From an uncultured bacterium (lineage in GTDB: Bacteria; Krumholzibacteriota; Krumholzibacteriia; Krumholzibacteriales; Krumholzibacteriaceae): a stretch of 11,539 nt of DNA. The position numbers were made by a program, and so were the translations under genes. The stretch is from NCBI GenBank assembly GCA_965371515.1, contig CBDUYR010000069.1, forward strand, positions 1 through 11,539, written 5' to 3'. How positions within the stretch are numbered: position 1 is the stretch's first letter; every line of letters begins with the position of its first letter. Under the pieces are notes generated by a model. That model had not been told where the DNA came from, did no database searches, and saw nothing but the letters and a program-made list of their open reading frames with translations. This document shows positions 8,360 to 11,539 of this stretch, piece after piece.

Positions 8360-9193
8360 ATGAGTAACACATATCTGCCCATACAGATGAAAGTAAACAG
8401 GATAGTCGTAGAGGACCCTGCCAAAACGCTCAGGACCTTCGATCTCACTTTCGTCAGGGATGATGACCGAAAAGCCTTCAAATACATGCCGGGACAGTTC
8501 TGCGAGTTCTCGATTCTCGGCAAGGGCGAATCGCCGTTCGGTATAGCCTCTTCTCCTACAGAAGAGGGGTTCCTGCGCTTCACGGTGAGCAGGACAGGCT
8601 CGGTGACCAATGAGATACATTATCTCAGGGAAGGCGATACAGTCGGTATACGCGGGCCCCTGGGCAATTGGTACCCCGTCGAGAAATTCAAGGGAGAGAA
8701 CGTCGTCATTGTCGGCGGTGGATTCGCTTTCACCACGCTGCGCTCGCTTATAGTCTACATGCTCGAGCACCGGGGTGACTACGAGGACATCACCGTCATA
8801 TACGGGGCGCGAAATCCCGACCTCTTTATTTACAAGGACCAGCTGGAGGAGTGGAAGGGCAGGGACGACATCAATGTGCATCTGACCATCGACAACCCGG
8901 TGGACGGATGGGACGGACTCACCGGATTTGTCCCCGCTGTGACAAAGGATATATCGCCGAGCCCGGAGAAGGCATGGGTCGTACTCTGCGGACCGCCGAT
9001 CATGATCAAGTACACACTGCCCGTGATCTCGGATCTCGGCTTTACGGACGAAAGAGTATACACGTCGCTCGAACGACGTATGAAATGTGGAATAGGAAAA
9101 TGCGGAAGATGCAACATCGGCTCGCGCTATATCTGCGCCGACGGGCCGGTATTCTCGATGGCCGAAATCGAGGATATTCCCGAGACTGTGTAG
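8360..9193 (+). CDS. flxA: FlxA-like FAD/NAD(P)-binding [2Fe-2S] oxidoreductase (AsrB / PyrK / sulfhydrogenase gamma family)
   Basis: PGQF, GESPFGIASSP, IRGPLGN, GGGFAFTTLRS, LCGPPIM and the [2Fe-2S] motif ERRMKCGIGKCGRCNIGSRYICADGPVF. AAGGA RBS at 8348-8352. Confidence 0.9.
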   Translation: MSNTYLPIQMKVNRIVVEDPAKTLRTFDLTFVRDDDRKAFKYMPGQFCEFSILGKGESPFGIASSPTEEGFLRFTVSRTGSVTNEIHYLREGDTVGIRGPLGNWYPVEKFKGENVVIVGGGFAFTTLRSLIVYMLEHRGDYEDITVIYGARNPDLFIYKDQLEEWKGRDDINVHLTIDNPVDGWDGLTGFVPAVTKDISPSPEKAWVVLCGPPIMIKYTLPVISDLGFTDERVYTSLERRMKCGIGKCGRCNIGSRYICADGPVFSMAEIEDIPETV

Positions 9194-9209
9194 CAAGGAG
9201 ACTGGCCGG

Positions 9210-9683
9210 ATGGAAAAAATCATACTGAGCGAGAAAGACCCCCGCTTCAAATATGAAGTGGCTTCGAAGCCCGGCGCTGAAGCGTTCATGCGCTGCTTCA
9301 CCTGCGGCACCTGCACTGCGTCGTGCCCCGTGGCTGAAGTCCACGACGAATACGATCCGAGAAAGATCATAAGGATGACCGTTCTCGGGATGCGCGAGGA
9401 AGTCCTCTCCTCTGACATCCTATGGATGTGCTCGAGGTGTTACACCTGCCATGCCCTCTGCCCCCAGAACGTCAAGTTCACCGATGTTATTTCCATACTC
9501 AGGGAGATGGCGATAAAGGAGGGGTACGTGCCAAAGGAAAGGTACGAAAAGGCGAGGGAGCTCGACAGGCGGATACAGGAATTAAGGTGCAGGATCATCA
9601 ACAACAAACTGCATCCGGAAACGAATAATGTGAAAGAGATCAAGGCCATGGTCGAGGAAGAGCTCGGCGAGGAATGGGCATAA
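9210..9683 (+). CDS. hdrC: Heterodisulfide reductase subunit C-like 2x[4Fe-4S] protein
   Basis: CFTCGTCTASCPV, YDPRKIIRMTVLG and LWMCSRCYTCHALCPQNVKFTDVISILREMAIKEG. AAGGAG RBS at 9195-9200. Confidence 0.9.
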   Translation: MEKIILSEKDPRFKYEVASKPGAEAFMRCFTCGTCTASCPVAEVHDEYDPRKIIRMTVLGMREEVLSSDILWMCSRCYTCHALCPQNVKFTDVISILREMAIKEGYVPKERYEKARELDRRIQELRCRIINNKLHPETNNVKEIKAMVEEELGEEWA

Positions 9684-9707
9684 TACGATAAAATGACAGG
9701 GGACGCC

Positions 9708-10832
9708 ATGAATCAGGACAGGATCTGGTCGTTTACCGATCTCAGGAACGAAGTGATAGATGGGGGTATCTGTGGAAAGTGCGGCGGATGTGTCTCCTTC
9801 TGCTCGGCAAACAGGATCGGTGCCCTGAAAATCGGCGAGAACGGATTTCCCGCCTACGATGACGAGGACAAATGCCTCGAGTGCGGGCTGTGCTACATGG
9901 TCTGCCCGCAGACCCATCCCCTTCAGGAGGAGGTCAACGCGGCATATGACTGGGAGCCTCCGATAGGTAATTTTATCGATGTATTCTCGGCCCGCAGCGC
10001 CGATACGGAGATCCTCGAGTCCGGTACTGACGGAGGTGTTGTTACCGCTCTGTTGATTCATCTCCTGGAAAACGGATTTATTGACGGGGCGGCCGTATCG
10101 ATATCAGAGGGTCCCTTCAAGAGAAAGGCGATCGTTGCTACTTCGAGGGAGGAACTCCTTCAGGCCGCCGGCTCTCACTGGGCCGAGTTGCCGCATCTCG
10201 AGGAGGTAGGAACAGGGTATACGAACTTCGTGCCGGTGATCAGGTCCATTCATGAACTCGAACCGAAGAAGTTGAAGAAGATCGCAGTGGTCGGCACACC
10301 GTGCCAGATAGGCGCAGTAAGGAAGATGCAGGTGCTCAACATCGTTCCGTCAGACATAGTCGTGCTGACGATCGGCCTGTTCTGCATGCAGTGTTTCGAG
10401 ATAGATCACCTGATGGACAAGGGCTTCATGAAGAACCACAATGTGACCCCGGACGACCTGGACGGGGTGAACATCAAAGACGACTTTATGCTGAAGCTCA
10501 AGTCCGGGATCACACTCCACGTTCCTCTCAAGGAGATCGAGGAGATAGCGAGACCTGCCTGCCTGGCCTGTAAGCTCTTCGCCAACGATTACGCTGACAT
10601 CTCAGTCGGCGGACTTGGCTCGCCGGATGGGTATACGACAGTGGTGATAAGGACGATCAACGGTAAGCGGATGTTTGCGGACGCCGTATACGACGGAAGC
10701 ATCGAGTACAGGACGAGAAGATCGATGAGCGACTACGCGGTTGAGATGAGCACGATCGTATCGCAGATAGTCAAATTCGCCGACAGCAAAAAAACACGGG
10801 GGCTGAAATACAGGAAGCAGTACAGGAGCTAA
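9708..10832 (+). CDS. frhB: FrhB/FpoF-like coenzyme F420 hydrogenase/dehydrogenase beta-subunit family protein with N-terminal 2x[4Fe-4S] domain
   Basis: CGKCGGCVSFC and CLECGLCYMVCP, followed by GTDGGVVTALL, AAGSHW, VVGTPCQ, IGLFCMQCF and RPACLAC...ADISVGG. Start is ATG 9708 (AGGGGA at 9698-9703) or ATG 9693. Confidence 0.85.
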   Translation: MNQDRIWSFTDLRNEVIDGGICGKCGGCVSFCSANRIGALKIGENGFPAYDDEDKCLECGLCYMVCPQTHPLQEEVNAAYDWEPPIGNFIDVFSARSADTEILESGTDGGVVTALLIHLLENGFIDGAAVSISEGPFKRKAIVATSREELLQAAGSHWAELPHLEEVGTGYTNFVPVIRSIHELEPKKLKKIAVVGTPCQIGAVRKMQVLNIVPSDIVVLTIGLFCMQCFEIDHLMDKGFMKNHNVTPDDLDGVNIKDDFMLKLKSGITLHVPLKEIEEIARPACLACKLFANDYADISVGGLGSPDGYTTVVIRTINGKRMFADAVYDGSIEYRTRRSMSDYAVEMSTIVSQIVKFADSKKTRGLKYRKQYRS

Positions 10833-10872
10833 GGGATAACCTGAAATATTGATCGGGCAGGAAAACAGTTTG

Positions 10873-11539
10873 ATGAATAATAATTCTAAAAAATCAAAAT
10901 CAGGATCCGTTCTCGTAGTGGGTGGAGGGATCGCTGGTATCCAGTCGTCTCTGGATCTAGCAGAGTCCGGATTCAAGGTTTATCTACTCGAGGAAACCCC
11001 GGCGATCGGGGGTACTATGGCGCAGCTCGACAAGACATTCCCGACAAACGACTGCGCGATGTGCGTTATCTCTCCAAAGCTCGTCGGTGCCGGCAGACAC
11101 CTGAACATTGACCTGATCACAAACTCGGAGCTGATGGGTGTGAGTGGTGAGGCGGGGAAATTCAGGGTGCAGGTCAAAAAGAACCCCAGGTATATCGACG
11201 CAGAGAAATGCACTGGTTGCGGCGCGTGTACACTGAATTGTCCGGTGGTTAATGTGATACAGCCTGTTGAAGAACCATATATAAGACTAAGTGACGAAGA
11301 CCTGCAAAAAGTCAGGCCTGTTTTGGATAAATATATTGGTCAAAAAGGCAATCTGATGCCGATACTGCAACAAATAAATCAGATGTTCAATTATTTGCCG
11401 CCTGACGTATTGAGGTATGTATCAATAAGATTGGGTGTAGGATTGTCGGATATATATAATATAGCCTCATTTTATAATTCTTTCAGCCTTACGCCGCGGG
11501 GGAGGCATACAATAAAAATATGTATGGGAACAACCTGCT
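10873..11539 (+). CDS. Partial HdrA(N-terminal)-NuoE/HydC fusion protein, running off the window end
   Basis: My translation gives an open frame of 222 codons with no stop. HdrA part: MNNNSKKSKSGSVLVVGGGIAGIQSSLDLAESG...QLDKTFPTNDCAMCVISPK...PRYIDAEKCTGCGACTLNCP. NuoE-like part: VLDKYIGQKGNLMPILQQINQMFNYLPPDVLRYVSIRLGVGLSDIYNIASFYNSFSLTPRGRHTIKICMGTTC. Confidence 0.88.
   Translation, partial: MNNNSKKSKSGSVLVVGGGIAGIQSSLDLAESGFKVYLLEETPAIGGTMAQLDKTFPTNDCAMCVISPKLVGAGRHLNIDLITNSELMGVSGEAGKFRVQVKKNPRYIDAEKCTGCGACTLNCPVVNVIQPVEEPYIRLSDEDLQKVRPVLDKYIGQKGNLMPILQQINQMFNYLPPDVLRYVSIRLGVGLSDIYNIASFYNSFSLTPRGRHTIKICMGTTC

Noticed and set aside
7318..9193. Alternative call as anaerobic sulfite reductase AsrAB or sulfhydrogenase beta/gamma subunits
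   Set aside because: No asrC or NiFe hydrogenase subunits are adjacent, and the hdrA-mvhD-FeS-FeS-FAD/NAD order fits flxDCBA.
9681..9710. hdrC and the frhB-like gene are in the same frame across a TAA (possible broken fusion)
   Set aside because: Same-frame neighbours arise one time in three by chance. The stop is TAA, and the downstream gene has its own plausible RBS and start.
10800..10890. Possible promoter, terminator or operator in the AT-rich gap before the last ORF (ctgaaata twice, aaac-a-gttt, ttgatc…taataat)
   Set aside because: The repeats are too short, the -35/-10 spacing is wrong, and there is no GC stem with a U-tract.
2418..11064. Selenocysteine recoding in HdrA or MvhD
   Set aside because: The motifs where Sec occurs in some homologues (TNDCxMC, the MvhD cysteines) use TGC/TGT here. 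The TGA stops at 155, 6345 and 8343 fall at natural C-termini.
1..11539. Taxonomic assignment or methanogenesis inferred from Hdr/Mvh/Frh homologues
   Set aside because: These families occur widely in anaerobic bacteria and non-methanogenic archaea, and no diagnostic marker is in the window.

Overview
The window is a gap-free, all plus-strand, operon-like cluster for anaerobic flavin/Fe-S electron transfer of the Hdr-Flx type. The order is: 3' end of an HdrA-like gene (window edge); two tandem FdhB/FrhB-family Fe-S proteins; MvhD; a 1019-aa duplicated and permuted HdrA; flxD(mvhD)-flxC-flxB-flxA; hdrC with no hdrB beside it; an FrhB/FpoF-like protein with an N-terminal ferredoxin domain; and a third, partial HdrA-like ORF from 10873 to the window edge, which the ORF track does not list. 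In that last ORF the HdrA FAD-binding N-terminus is fused in frame to a NuoE/HydC-like [2Fe-2S] domain, and GC falls sharply near the junction. No HdrB, NiFe-hydrogenase or formate dehydrogenase catalytic subunit lies in the window. I saw no RNA genes, mobile elements or CRISPR arrays. Family calls come from motif recognition by eye, not database searches.
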